Origin: Acidobacteriota bacterium
Lineage (GTDB): Bacteria > Acidobacteriota > UBA6911 > RPQK01 > JAJDTT01
Direction of reading: 5' to 3'
Assembly (NCBI GenBank): GCA_965263035.1
Contig: OZ253580.1
Location: 4,160,001-4,224,000, forward strand
DNA: 64,000 bases
Shown: piece by piece, positions 47,652 through 57,526 of the stretch
Numbering within the stretch: the first letter of the stretch is position 1
How the letters are laid out: every line of letters starts with the position of its first letter
Translations under genes and position numbers: made by a program
Notes under the pieces: generated by a model
What the model was told of the DNA's origin: nothing
The model's input: the letters and a program-made list of their open reading frames with translations, nothing else
Database searches by the model: none

Positions 47652-48236
47652 ATGGACAAAGTACTTGTCATTGTCGGTGATGCGACCGAGACCGTGGATA
47701 CGCTGTATCCGTATTTTCGCCTCCAGGAGGCTGGCTTCCAGCCCATCGTCGCGGCGCCGGAGAAGCGCCGTTACAACATGGTCCTGCATGAGATCGGGCC
47801 CAACTGGGACATCACCCGGGAGTTCGAGGGCTACAAGATCGATGCGGACATCGCCTTTCGCGACGTGGTGCCGGAAGAATACCTGGGCATTTTCTTTTCG
47901 GGCGGCCGGGCCCCCGAGTACATTCGTTACGATGAGGATCTGGTCGCCATGACGCGCCATTTCTTCGACGCCAACAAGCCGGTGGGCTGTGTCTGCCACG
48001 GCGTGGAGATTCCCGCTTACGCCGGCTGCGTCAAGGGGCGGAGAATGGCGACCGTGCCCAAGTGCAAGTTCGACCTGGAAGTGTGCGGCGGCATCTTCGT
48101 CGACGCTGGTTGCGTCGTGGACGGCAACCTGGTGAGCGGGCGCACGTATCACGACCATGGCCAGTACATGGGGTATTGGATCCGGCTGCTGATCGAGGCT
48201 CGTGAGGAACAGCTTGTCCAGGCCGTGGCCGGCTGA
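47652..48236 (+). CDS. DJ-1/PfpI family protein
   Basis: SGGRAPEYIR, CVCHG nucleophile elbow and VVDGNLVS. Confidence 0.9.
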   Translation: MDKVLVIVGDATETVDTLYPYFRLQEAGFQPIVAAPEKRRYNMVLHEIGPNWDITREFEGYKIDADIAFRDVVPEEYLGIFFSGGRAPEYIRYDEDLVAMTRHFFDANKPVGCVCHGVEIPAYAGCVKGRRMATVPKCKFDLEVCGGIFVDAGCVVDGNLVSGRTYHDHGQYMGYWIRLLIEAREEQLVQAVAG

Positions 48237-50640
48237 GTTGAGATCCCCCCGGAAATCTTTCGCAACTCTGGCGGCGGGCTGCTGTGGCCTGTTCCTGGCC
48301 GGCGCTTGCTCCCCGGTTTCCGATCTCCCGAAATCTCCGTCCTACCCTCTCGTGGTCGGATTCGAGCGTTTTCACCGGAACGGGGATGCGGACCGGCTCC
48401 ACGGAGGCGAAATCCTTCTGGGAGAGCTGGGTTGCACCCATTGCCACCTGGCCGATGGAGCAGTCGCCCAACGGGTCATTTCCCGGCAGGCTCCCATCTT
48501 GGACGGCGTCGGCGGCCGGATCCGCCTGGCTTATCTGAAAGACTTCCTGACTCGACCCCAGGAGACCAAGCCGGGAACACCCATGCCCCATCTTCTGGCC
48601 GGTTGGGCCCCGGAAGAGCGGGACGCTGCGGCCGAGGCTCTGGCCCACTTTCTCGCTTCTCTCGGGGCGCCGGATCCGGCAGAGTCCGCTCCGGAAACGA
48701 ATCCGCATGAGATTGAGGAAGGAGAGCGGCTGTACCATACGGTCGGGTGCGTCGCCTGCCACGCCTCCTTCTTGCCGCCCGGAATCCTGCACCAGGAAGA
48801 TGGAGAAGGATATTCTCTGGCGAGCATCCAGTACCAAACGCCTAGCGTCCCATCGGTTCCCCTGGCGGATCAGACTCGGAAGACGACCTTGGAGCCGTTG
48901 GCCGGTTTTTTGGTGGACCCCGTGCGGACCCGGCCCGCAGGAAGAATGCCTCCCATGCGGCTCACCAATGCGGAGGCCCGTTCCATCGCCGCCTATCTGC
49001 TGGAGCAGGCCACGGACCGCACGGTTCCAGAGAACATCAACCCCGACGCGGAAAAGGTCGCGAAAGGCCAAGCTCTTTTTCGGGAGCTGCGTTGCAACGC
49101 CTGCCACCGGCTTGGAGAAGGGGAGACCGTCGCGGCCCCGATTCCGGTGCTTTCGCGGCTTGAGGAACTGGACCCCGGAAAACCGGGCGGCTGCCTGGAC
49201 CCGTCGCCCCGGAAGGGGGTGCCCAACTATGAACTGGACCCGGACCAGCGGGCCGCTCTCGGCGAGGCGCTGTCTGGGCTGAAAGGAGCCGTCAGCCGTC
49301 TCGATCCCGAGGCCGAGGTCCGGCGGAATCTGGAGATCTACAATTGCTTCGCCTGTCACCGGCGGGGAGAGCAGGGCGGACCCGAACCGGGAAGAGCGGC
49401 CTATTTCCTGCCGGTGGAGGAGTTGGACATGGGGAACGAGGGCCGGTTGCCCCCACCCTTGACCGAGGTCGGCCGCAAGTTGACTCCCCCGTGGTTGAGG
49501 AAGGTCCTGGAGGGATCGGGCATGGTGCGTCCCTATCTGATGGTTCGAATGCCGGACTACGGGACCGCCGCCGAAACCCTGGCGGACGCCTTGATACGTG
49601 CCGACGAAAACCTGCAGTTGCCCGCTACGGATGTCTCCGGCACCTTGCACCACCACCGGAATCGTTACGGGCGCCGCCTCATGGGGGCCGACGGTCTCAA
49701 TTGCATCAACTGTCACGGCCTCCGCGGACACCCCTCCACTGGCATGCCGGCCCTGGACTTGGCCGACACCCTGGAACGCCTCCAACCCGACTGGTTCAAG
49801 CGATACCTCCTGGACCCCGACTCCAGCCGTCCCGGCACTCTGATGCCTACCTTCTTCGAAGGAGGGAAGGGCACTCTGACGGAGGTGTTGGAGGGAGACG
49901 CGGACAAACAGATCGAGGCCATCCTCACCTACCTGAAGGAACTGGACCAGACCCGCCTGCCCGTGGGCATGGAGCCGGACAAGTTCTTCGAGCTGGTCCC
50001 CGGGGAACGGCCCATCCTGTTGCGGACCTTCATGGAGGGAGTCGGCACCCACGCCATCGCCGTGGGTTTTCCCCAGGGAATCCATTTCGCCTTCGATGCC
50101 TTGGAGGTCCGATCCAAACTCCTCTGGAGAGGCCGATTCCTCAACGCCGAGTCCACTTGGTCCAATCGCTTTTCGCCCTTCGTGCACCCCTTGAGCGAGG
50201 ATCTGGCCAAGCTTCCTGACGCCATGCCTCTGGCGTCCCTGAAGAACGGCCTGAGTCCCTGGCCCGACCGGACGGGTAAAGAGGCGGGCTACCGCATGGG
50301 TGGATTCCGGATCTCGCCTTCCGGTGCACCCACGTTCCTTTACAGTTTTCAGGGGATCGCCGTCGAGGAACGGCTGATCCCTTCCCACGACAGCACCTGG
50401 TTCCGGCGGACTCTCGAGCTCACCGGCGCGGGCGATTCGGTATGGTTCCTGGCGGCGCGGGCTCCGAAGATCGAATCCCAGGACGGGGGACTTTTTTCCG
50501 CCGAAGGCCTCAAGGTCCGGCTCCGTGAGCCGGAAGTCTCCGTGGCGCATCTCCGCCGTTCGGGCAATGCCGACGAGTTGCTGCTCCCGATCCGATTCCG
50601 GAAAGGGCGCGCCCGGGTGCAACAGGAGGTCTCGTGGTGA
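48202..50640 (+). CDS. Multiheme c-type cytochrome (5 CxxCH), probable lipoprotein
   Basis: CTHCH, CVACH, CNACH, CFACH and CINCH with downstream MP motifs. Lipobox LAGAC; start uncertain. Confidence 0.85.
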   Translation: MRNSLSRPWPAELRSPRKSFATLAAGCCGLFLAGACSPVSDLPKSPSYPLVVGFERFHRNGDADRLHGGEILLGELGCTHCHLADGAVAQRVISRQAPILDGVGGRIRLAYLKDFLTRPQETKPGTPMPHLLAGWAPEERDAAAEALAHFLASLGAPDPAESAPETNPHEIEEGERLYHTVGCVACHASFLPPGILHQEDGEGYSLASIQYQTPSVPSVPLADQTRKTTLEPLAGFLVDPVRTRPAGRMPPMRLTNAEARSIAAYLLEQATDRTVPENINPDAEKVAKGQALFRELRCNACHRLGEGETVAAPIPVLSRLEELDPGKPGGCLDPSPRKGVPNYELDPDQRAALGEALSGLKGAVSRLDPEAEVRRNLEIYNCFACHRRGEQGGPEPGRAAYFLPVEELDMGNEGRLPPPLTEVGRKLTPPWLRKVLEGSGMVRPYLMVRMPDYGTAAETLADALIRADENLQLPATDVSGTLHHHRNRYGRRLMGADGLNCINCHGLRGHPSTGMPALDLADTLERLQPDWFKRYLLDPDSSRPGTLMPTFFEGGKGTLTEVLEGDADKQIEAILTYLKELDQTRLPVGMEPDKFFELVPGERPILLRTFMEGVGTHAIAVGFPQGIHFAFDALEVRSKLLWRGRFLNAESTWSNRFSPFVHPLSEDLAKLPDAMPLASLKNGLSPWPDRTGKEAGYRMGGFRISPSGAPTFLYSFQGIAVEERLIPSHDSTWFRRTLELTGAGDSVWFLAARAPKIESQDGGLFSAEGLKVRLREPEVSVAHLRRSGNADELLLPIRFRKGRARVQQEVSW

Positions 50641-52133
50641 GACGCCTTGGCCTTCTGTTTCCGATTCTGTTCGGGCTCGCTGCGAGCCTGCGCGCGCAGG
50701 AAGAAGACTACTATCGCATCGTCACCCTCCCCGTTCCGGAAACGGTCCCGTTCGAGGTCAGCGGTCTGGAAGTCCTGCCGGACGGAAAGATCGCGGCAGC
50801 CATCCGACGGGGAGAAGTCTGGTTGGTCGAGGGCGCCTACAAGGAACCGCCCGAGGGGCTCCGATTTCGCAGGATCGCCCAGGCGCTGCACGAGCCCCTG
50901 GGCCTGATTCGCCACGGCGATTCCCTCTATCTGGCCCAGAGGAGCGAGCTGACGCGGCTCCGGGATCTCGACGGCGACGGCGTGATCGACGAGTACCTCA
51001 CCGTCACCAACGACTGGGGCATCACCGGCAACTACCACGAATACGCTTACGGGCCCCGAGTCGATGGGGAAGGGAATTTCTGGCTCACCCTCAACGCCTC
51101 CATCGGCAAGCGGACCGCCGGCACCAACGCGTGGCGGGGATGGGCCGTGAAGGTGACGCCTCAGGGCCGCCTGCTTCCCGTGGCTACGGGTCTGCGATCG
51201 CCTTGCGGGATCGGAATGAACAGCCGCGGAGACGTCTTCACCACCGACCAGCAGGGAGGCTGGGTCGCGACCTGCGCCCTCCATCACCTGGAGGAGGGAG
51301 ACTTCTACGGACATCCCGACGGTCTCAAGTCGTGCTCTCGTCCCGGCTCGCCCGTCGCCTGTCCGGAGCGAATCCCCACCGGTATCAACGTCGTGGAGGC
51401 GGCCAAGCAGATTCCGGGATTCAAGTTGCCGGCGGTCTGGTTCCCTTACCGGAAGATGGGCCGGAGTTCCACCGACTTGGCCTGGGATCAGACCGAGGGC
51501 CGCTTCGGACCCTTTGAGGGACAGCTCTTCGTGGGGGATTTCACCGACGCCATGATCTCGCGGGTGTTTCTGGAACGGGTGGACGGGGGGTACCAGGGAG
51601 CCTGCTTTCCCTTTCGGGAGGGATTCCGGAGCGCCGTGGTTCGGATGGTCTTCGGAGCCGACGGATCGCTGTTCGTGGGCGAGACCAACCGTGGATGGAA
51701 CTCCATGGGCACCCGCTCCTACGGCCTGGAACGCCTGGTCTGGACCGGCAGCACGCCCTTCGAGGTCCGGGAGATGCGCGCCCTTTCCAACGGCTTTCGG
51801 CTCACCTTCACCCGGCCCGTCGACCCGGATCGGGCCGCGCGGCCCGATAGCTACCGCATGTCCAGCTACACCTATCTCTACCATCCCGACTACGGCAGTC
51901 CGGAGGTGGAGACCAAGGAGCTGAACCTGACCACGGCCCGCGTGGCCGCCGGCGGACGATCGGTGGACCTGACCGTCGAGGGGCTCAGGCCGGGCTACGT
52001 TCACGAACTCCACTTGCCGGGAGTGGTGTCCGTCGAAGGAGAGAGTCTGCTCCACCCCAGGGCCTACTACACGCTGAACCGGATTCCGTCCGCCGCTCCC
52101 GACGCGGACCCGGGGAACGTGGTCCGTCGCTGA
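50634..52133 (+). CDS. Secreted beta-propeller protein (PQQ/sorbosone dehydrogenase-like)
   Basis: Signal peptide, LHEPLGL, DLDGDGVIDEY, ATGLRSP, DQQG and FGPFEGQLFVGD. Overlaps the cytochrome stop. Confidence 0.75.
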   Translation: MVRRLGLLFPILFGLAASLRAQEEDYYRIVTLPVPETVPFEVSGLEVLPDGKIAAAIRRGEVWLVEGAYKEPPEGLRFRRIAQALHEPLGLIRHGDSLYLAQRSELTRLRDLDGDGVIDEYLTVTNDWGITGNYHEYAYGPRVDGEGNFWLTLNASIGKRTAGTNAWRGWAVKVTPQGRLLPVATGLRSPCGIGMNSRGDVFTTDQQGGWVATCALHHLEEGDFYGHPDGLKSCSRPGSPVACPERIPTGINVVEAAKQIPGFKLPAVWFPYRKMGRSSTDLAWDQTEGRFGPFEGQLFVGDFTDAMISRVFLERVDGGYQGACFPFREGFRSAVVRMVFGADGSLFVGETNRGWNSMGTRSYGLERLVWTGSTPFEVREMRALSNGFRLTFTRPVDPDRAARPDSYRMSSYTYLYHPDYGSPEVETKELNLTTARVAAGGRSVDLTVEGLRPGYVHELHLPGVVSVEGESLLHPRAYYTLNRIPSAAPDADPGNVVRR

Positions 52134-52153
52134 GCCAATCTTCCGAGTGTTCC

Positions 52154-53446
52154 TCAGGCGCTCAGAAACCAGGACTCGGGCACCCGCACGAGCTTGATCC
52201 TGCGGGTCCTCTTGCCCTCTCGGACGGTGTCGTACTGGTAGGTCATGAGCACCTGGTTTCCGGAGAAGGCCAGGGAGGGATAGTGGCACCGGATGAAGCC
52301 GCTGGGCAGTTTTCCGGCCTTCGGGTTGACCCGGATGTGGGCCACCGGCGGCGGCGAGACCCTCCCTGCCGGTTGCAGGCCGGGACTGGAATCCACCGTC
52401 TTGAAATTCTGCCAAGTCTTGCCCTCGTCGGCGGAGGTGGCCACGGAAAGGCGGGAACGATAGTATCCGCTCCGAATTTCGTCCCCGGTAGTCTGGTTCC
52501 AGATCACCAGCAACTGGCCGGAGCCGCGCAGCCGGTCCAGATCGCAGGGGACGTCGCCGCTGGAGAGGGCAGTGGGACTCGCCTCATGCCAATTCTCGCC
52601 GCCGTCGTCCGAGTGGGCCTGAAAAAAGCGTCCCACCTTGGTCCTCAGGAGCATGAGGACAGATCCGTCCCTGAGCTCGGTCACCACCGGCTCGGCGGTT
52701 CCGCCGAATCCCCCCAGGCTCCTCTCCCCGGGCAGGGGCCAGACCATGATGGATCCCTTGGAACGCTGCCAGGTCGATCCCCGGTCGTCGGAGAAATAAG
52801 CGAAGCAGCCGCTCATCTGAGGCCGGTGGGCGTGTCCTTCCAGTCCGACGGAATGCCCGTCCAGCAGCCCCGTGGCCATGGCGTGGCGGGATTCGGGATG
52901 GAGGCCGTTGAACTGCCAGTAGACGGGCAGCAGCAACCGTCCCGTGGAGAGCTCGATCAGGCGACCGAAGGGAACCTGCAAAAAGGCGCCCGACGAACCC
53001 GATCCGGGTCCGGGCAGGTCGATGTCCGATCCCGCCGACCAGTTCCGGCCTCCGTCCTGGGACGTGGCGAACCGGAGAATCCGATGGTCGGCGTGGCGCG
53101 CCGGCGCACCGCTCAGTTCCTCGGCGTAAACCATGCCCACGGTTCCCCCCTTGAGAGGCACCAGGTGGTTCCGGGTGACGTTCATGGGTTTTCCCTGGTG
53201 AAGCAGCGGGAAGGGTTTTCCCCAGGTCTCTCCCCGGTCGCGGGAAAGGGAGGCGGAATTGCCCTTCATCAGGGTCAGAATGCGGCCGCCCTCCAGCGCG
53301 GCCAGAATTCGTCCGGAGCCCGCGGGCAGCAGACCCTCGTAGGTGTGTCCGCTGGCGGAAACCTTGGCGGACCCTTTAAGGGCCGCGGCCGCCGCCATGG
53401 AGGTTGCCAGAAATCGCCTTCGGGTCAGACTGTTTTTCTCTTTCAT
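52154..53446 (-). CDS. Sialidase-family (BNR/Asp-box) protein, Tat-exported
   Basis: TRRRFL and Asp-boxes SRDRGETW, SQDGGRNW, SDDRGSTW, SDDGGENW and SADEGKTW, plus HYPS. Confidence 0.85.
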   Translation of the reverse strand: MKEKNSLTRRRFLATSMAAAAALKGSAKVSASGHTYEGLLPAGSGRILAALEGGRILTLMKGNSASLSRDRGETWGKPFPLLHQGKPMNVTRNHLVPLKGGTVGMVYAEELSGAPARHADHRILRFATSQDGGRNWSAGSDIDLPGPGSGSSGAFLQVPFGRLIELSTGRLLLPVYWQFNGLHPESRHAMATGLLDGHSVGLEGHAHRPQMSGCFAYFSDDRGSTWQRSKGSIMVWPLPGERSLGGFGGTAEPVVTELRDGSVLMLLRTKVGRFFQAHSDDGGENWHEASPTALSSGDVPCDLDRLRGSGQLLVIWNQTTGDEIRSGYYRSRLSVATSADEGKTWQNFKTVDSSPGLQPAGRVSPPPVAHIRVNPKAGKLPSGFIRCHYPSLAFSGNQVLMTYQYDTVREGKRTRRIKLVRVPESWFLSA

Positions 53447-53559
53447 CCAATTTCTCCCGGTTCTGAAGTGCACCATCACAAATCACAGAGGCAGGGTACG
53501 GGTGTCCGCTCCGGCATTGTAGAATGGGCCGCTCCCGAAAACGAGGGGAACCAGCGGCG

Positions 53560-54081
53560 ATGACCATGCGGCAGTCGAGAGCTCCCGAATCCAAGGTTTT
53601 CCGGCGACAGAAGATGGTTGAGGAATGTGAACACCTCCGGGACCAGGGACGGACCATCGTCTTCACCAACGGTACCTTCGATCTCCTTCACGCCGGACAT
53701 ACGACCTATCTGAACCAGGCCCGGGAGTTGGGAGACGTGCTGATCGTGGGTCTCAACTCGGACGAGTCGATCCGCTCCATCAAAGGGGACAAGCGGCCCA
53801 TCATCCGGGAGCCCTACCGGTCCCGGATGCTGGCGGCCCTGGAGTGTGTGGACTACGTGGTGCTCTTCGACGAGGATGAGCCCCGGGATCTGATCTCCGA
53901 ATTGCTGCCGGACGTGCTGGTCAAGGCGGAGGACTGGGCCCACTATGTGAGCGGCCGCGACGTGGTGGAGGCCAACGGAGGACGCGTGGTCCTGGCGCCC
54001 CTGGTGCCGGGCCTTTCCAGCAGCGGGATCATTCGGCGGATCCGGAAGCTGTTCCAGGACCCGGAAGAGGATTCCCGTTGA
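53560..54081 (+). CDS. rfaE2: D-glycero-beta-D-manno-heptose 1-phosphate adenylyltransferase (stand-alone domain)
   Basis: FTNGTFDLLHAGH, GLNSD, PDVLVK and SSS. Adjacent to hldD. Confidence 0.88.
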   Translation: MTMRQSRAPESKVFRRQKMVEECEHLRDQGRTIVFTNGTFDLLHAGHTTYLNQARELGDVLIVGLNSDESIRSIKGDKRPIIREPYRSRMLAALECVDYVVLFDEDEPRDLISELLPDVLVKAEDWAHYVSGRDVVEANGGRVVLAPLVPGLSSSGIIRRIRKLFQDPEEDSR

Positions 54082-54101
54082 GAAACCGAGGTTAGTGCAA
54101 C

Positions 54102-55088
54102 GTGCCGGTCCAGTACATCGTCACCGGCGGCGCCGGCTTCATCGGCCGGAACCTGGTGGCCGCCCTCAACGCCCGGGGACACGAGGACATCCTCATCGTG
54201 GACCGTCTGGGCTCGGACCAGAAGTGGAAGAACCTGCCGGGCCTCTCCTTCATCGACCTCGTGGACCTGGACGACTTCCGGAACTTCATCGCAGACTCCT
54301 CCATCGACGAGCTGGAGACGGTCTTCCACCTGGGAGCCTGCAGTTCCACCACGGAACGGGACGCCGACTACCTGCTGGACAACAACTACCGCTACTCCCA
54401 GGAAATCTGCCAGTGGTGCCTTTCCAGCGACGTGCGCTTCATCTACGCTTCCAGCGCGGCCACCTATGGGGACGGATCTCTGGGCTACTCGGACGAGGAG
54501 AGCCGGATTCCCCTCTGCCGGCCCTTGAACATGTATGGCTACTCCAAGCAGTTGTTCGATCATTGGGCTGCCAGGGAGGGTCTCTTCGACCGCATCGTGG
54601 GGCTCAAGTACTTCAACGTCTTCGGCCCCTACGAAGACCACAAGGGAGAGATGAGATCCATGGTGCACAAGGCCTACGGCCAGATTCTCTCCACCGGAAA
54701 GGTGCGGCTCTTCAAGTCGCATCGGGACGACTACGGAGACGGTGAGCAGTTGCGCGACTTCGTCTACGTGAATGACGCCGTGGACGTAACCCTCTTTTTT
54801 GAGGACCATTCCGGGGTTTCGGGGCTCTACAACTGCGGTACCGGACGGGCCCGGAGTTGGAACGATCTGGTCGGCTCCCTCTTCGTTGCCATGGGACGAC
54901 GGCCGGAGATCGCATACATTGACATGCCCGAGTCCTTGCGCAACCAGTACCAGTACTTCACCCAGGCGGACGGGGCCAAGCTCCGGTCCGCCGGATACGA
55001 TCGCCCCTTCACGACCTTGGAAGAGGCGGTGCGAGACTATGTGACGACCTACCTGGAGCCGGTCCTGGGCGGGGCCGCTCCAGAGTAG
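54102..55088 (+). CDS. hldD: ADP-L-glycero-D-manno-heptose-6-epimerase
   Basis: TGGAGFIG, HLGACSSTTE, PLNMYGYSK, YFNVFGP.E.HKG.M and YQYFTQAD. Confidence 0.95.
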   Translation: MPVQYIVTGGAGFIGRNLVAALNARGHEDILIVDRLGSDQKWKNLPGLSFIDLVDLDDFRNFIADSSIDELETVFHLGACSSTTERDADYLLDNNYRYSQEICQWCLSSDVRFIYASSAATYGDGSLGYSDEESRIPLCRPLNMYGYSKQLFDHWAAREGLFDRIVGLKYFNVFGPYEDHKGEMRSMVHKAYGQILSTGKVRLFKSHRDDYGDGEQLRDFVYVNDAVDVTLFFEDHSGVSGLYNCGTGRARSWNDLVGSLFVAMGRRPEIAYIDMPESLRNQYQYFTQADGAKLRSAGYDRPFTTLEEAVRDYVTTYLEPVLGGAAPE

Positions 55089-55113
55089 ATCCACCAGCAA
55101 GAAAGGAGATCAC

Positions 55114-55977
55114 GTGGCCGAACCTCTTCGCATCCTCTCCATCGGAGCTCATCCGGCGGATATCTTCGACCAGTGCGGCGGCACCATGGCCCATCACACG
55201 GCTCGGGGCGATTGGGTGGGCTGCGTCGTCCTCACCCACGGAGCACGGGTTCACGACAAGGTCATCAGCGACTCCATGCACGGCCGGGAGACCATCCCCG
55301 AGGCCTCGGTTTTGAAGGAGATGATCGAGGAACGGTCCGACGTGAAGGCCCAGGAGGTCCGGCGCGCCTGCCGGCTGCTTGGGGTGGAAGACCTCTATTT
55401 CTTCGGGGCCGACGACGCCATCCTGCTGGTCACCCCCGAGCTGGTCCGGCGGCTGGCCCGGCTGCTGCGGGAGCTCCGTCCCAACGTGATTCTGACCCAC
55501 TACCCCAAGGAAGGGGACGGTGTGGCCCAACCCCATGCCGTCGCCGGGCAGATCGTGCTGCACGCCATCCAGTTCGGCGCCTCGGTGGATCCGGGGGACC
55601 GAAATCCAGCGACCAAGGCGGCTCAGGTCTTCTTCTTCGGGACCGGAGCCGCCGCCGTCCCCAGCGACGTCTGGTCGGCGCGGCTTGGGGTCTACAACGA
55701 CGTCCTCATCGAGATCACCGATGTTGTGGACAAGAAACTGGCAGCTCTGGACTGTCTGGAGAGCCAGGGGTACGGTGGCGCGTACGCCCGCAAGAGGATC
55801 GAGACCAGCGACGGCGCGTTCGGGGTCGGCGGACGAGTGGCTTATGCCGAAGGGTTCATCAAGATGAATGCCGAGGTGCACGACTTTCTTCCGGTGACGA
55901 GCCGAGCCTTGCGGCTGGCGAAGGAATCGGACCATGAAATGATGCAGCGCCACTCCTACCGGGTCCGGGTGGACTAG
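55114..55977 (+). CDS. PIG-L family deacetylase-like protein (GalB-like AHxAD variant)
   Basis: GAHPADIF..GG, LRPNVILTH, PH and ITDVVDKK. RBS aaggag. Confidence 0.8.
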   Translation: MAEPLRILSIGAHPADIFDQCGGTMAHHTARGDWVGCVVLTHGARVHDKVISDSMHGRETIPEASVLKEMIEERSDVKAQEVRRACRLLGVEDLYFFGADDAILLVTPELVRRLARLLRELRPNVILTHYPKEGDGVAQPHAVAGQIVLHAIQFGASVDPGDRNPATKAAQVFFFGTGAAAVPSDVWSARLGVYNDVLIEITDVVDKKLAALDCLESQGYGGAYARKRIETSDGAFGVGGRVAYAEGFIKMNAEVHDFLPVTSRALRLAKESDHEMMQRHSYRVRVD

Positions 55978-55991
55978 GACTAAGGAGAACC

Positions 55992-56747
55992 ATGACCTCA
56001 CTATCTTTGAAACCGCGGGTGCCCGTCTTCGACGCCAACGTCAAGGTGGGCAATCATCACAATGAAGTTTCTCCCTGTGCCGACCGCGCCAGCCTGCTGA
56101 AGGAGATGGACACCCACGGGGTGGACCGGGCCGTGATCTACCACGCCTTGGGCGATTTGACGTCTCCGGTGGACGGAAACCGGGCGCTGGAGGAGTGGCT
56201 GGGAGACGACGGCAGGCTGCACCCCCAATGGAGCGCCCACCCGCTACCCCGTTCCCTGGAGCAGTTGCAGGAACTGCATGCCCAAGGGCGCGTGAGCAGC
56301 GTTCGTCTGGCGGGGCTGGACATCATCGATTTCCCCTTTCGTCCCTGGGGTTACGATCCGCTGCTGAGCTGGCTGAGCCGGGAGGGGATTCCGTTGTGGG
56401 TGCCGTTGCCGGAGATGGACCCCGATGACATCGTGACCACGCTCCAGGCCTATCCCGACCTGGAGACGGTGCTGGTGGGAGCTCATTATCTGCACGCCAT
56501 GTGGGTTCAGCCCATGCTGAAGGCGCTGCCCCGGGCGAACCTGGAACTGAGCCGCTACGAACCCATCGGTCAGCTCGAGGCGCTGCTGGAGGAGTTCGGG
56601 GTGGAACGTTTTGTCTACGGGTCGTGGTACTGGCGCCTGGCCATGGGACCCATGCTCTTTTACCTGCATCACGTGGGGCTGGACGACAGGGAACTGGCGC
56701 TGGTCTGCGAAGGCAATCTGCTGAGAATCCTGGGAGAGAAATCATGA
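55992..56747 (+). CDS. Amidohydrolase-2 family protein with a degenerate metal site
   Basis: FDANVKVG in place of DxHxH, plus MDTHGVDRA, GVERFVYGS and GNLLRILG. Confidence 0.75.
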   Translation: MTSLSLKPRVPVFDANVKVGNHHNEVSPCADRASLLKEMDTHGVDRAVIYHALGDLTSPVDGNRALEEWLGDDGRLHPQWSAHPLPRSLEQLQELHAQGRVSSVRLAGLDIIDFPFRPWGYDPLLSWLSREGIPLWVPLPEMDPDDIVTTLQAYPDLETVLVGAHYLHAMWVQPMLKALPRANLELSRYEPIGQLEALLEEFGVERFVYGSWYWRLAMGPMLFYLHHVGLDDRELALVCEGNLLRILGEKS

Positions 56748-57496
56748 TCGACGGCGTGCGAGTGATCGATTTTCATGGACACGTGGGGGCCAACGACATC
56801 ATGGGGATGGTGGATGATCCCGACCTGATGCTGCACGCCATGGATGCCGGCGGCATCGACGTCTCCTGCCTGTTCAACATCTACTATCCGGACGGAACCA
56901 CAGGCAACGACATGACGGCCCGGTTCGTGGCCCGGCATCCTGACCGCTTCGTGGGCTTCGCCTACGTCTGCCCCCTGATGCCGGCCGACAGCATGGTGGC
57001 CGAGTTGGAGCGGGCCATCGACACCCTGGGGCTGGTAGCCATCAAGCTTTATCCCCCCTTCGTCCCCTGGTCACTGGAACATCCCGTCTGGGACCCCATC
57101 TACGAGTTCGCCAACGAACGGGAGCTGGCCCTCATCCATCACACCGGAACCGAGTGGCAGGCCTATCCCAAGTTCCTGGCCGACGTGGCGCCCCGGTTCC
57201 CCAAGGTCAAATTCGTTTCGGGGCACTCGGGCAACACACCTGAGGCGAGAACTCAGGCCATCGCCGCGGCCCAGGCCAACGAAAACGTCTACCTGGAGAC
57301 CTGCTCCACCTTTCGTACTCCTGGAGTCATCGAGCAGCTGGTGGAGGAGGGGGGAGCCGACCGGGTGCTCTTCGGATCGGATACGCCCCTGATGGACCCG
57401 CGGCCTCAACTGGGGAAAATCATCACGGCGCAGATCTCCGACGAGGCCAAACGCCTGGCCCTGGGCGGCAACGCCGCCCGGATTCTGGGCATCTGA
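56744..57496 (+). CDS. Amidohydrolase-2 family protein
   Basis: IDFHGHVG, IHHTG, SGHSG, DRVLFGSD and GGNAARILG. ATGA overlap with the upstream gene. Confidence 0.88.
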   Translation: MIDGVRVIDFHGHVGANDIMGMVDDPDLMLHAMDAGGIDVSCLFNIYYPDGTTGNDMTARFVARHPDRFVGFAYVCPLMPADSMVAELERAIDTLGLVAIKLYPPFVPWSLEHPVWDPIYEFANERELALIHHTGTEWQAYPKFLADVAPRFPKVKFVSGHSGNTPEARTQAIAAAQANENVYLETCSTFRTPGVIEQLVEEGGADRVLFGSDTPLMDPRPQLGKIITAQISDEAKRLALGGNAARILGI

Positions 57497-57526
57497 AACC
57501 CGCCCTGACGGAATCGGCGCGGCCGC

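Noticed and set aside
56501-56743. N-terminal extension of the 331-aa amidohydrolase call
   Set aside because: It overlaps the upstream gene. The ATG at 56744 has an RBS and an ATGA overlap and begins the family motif.
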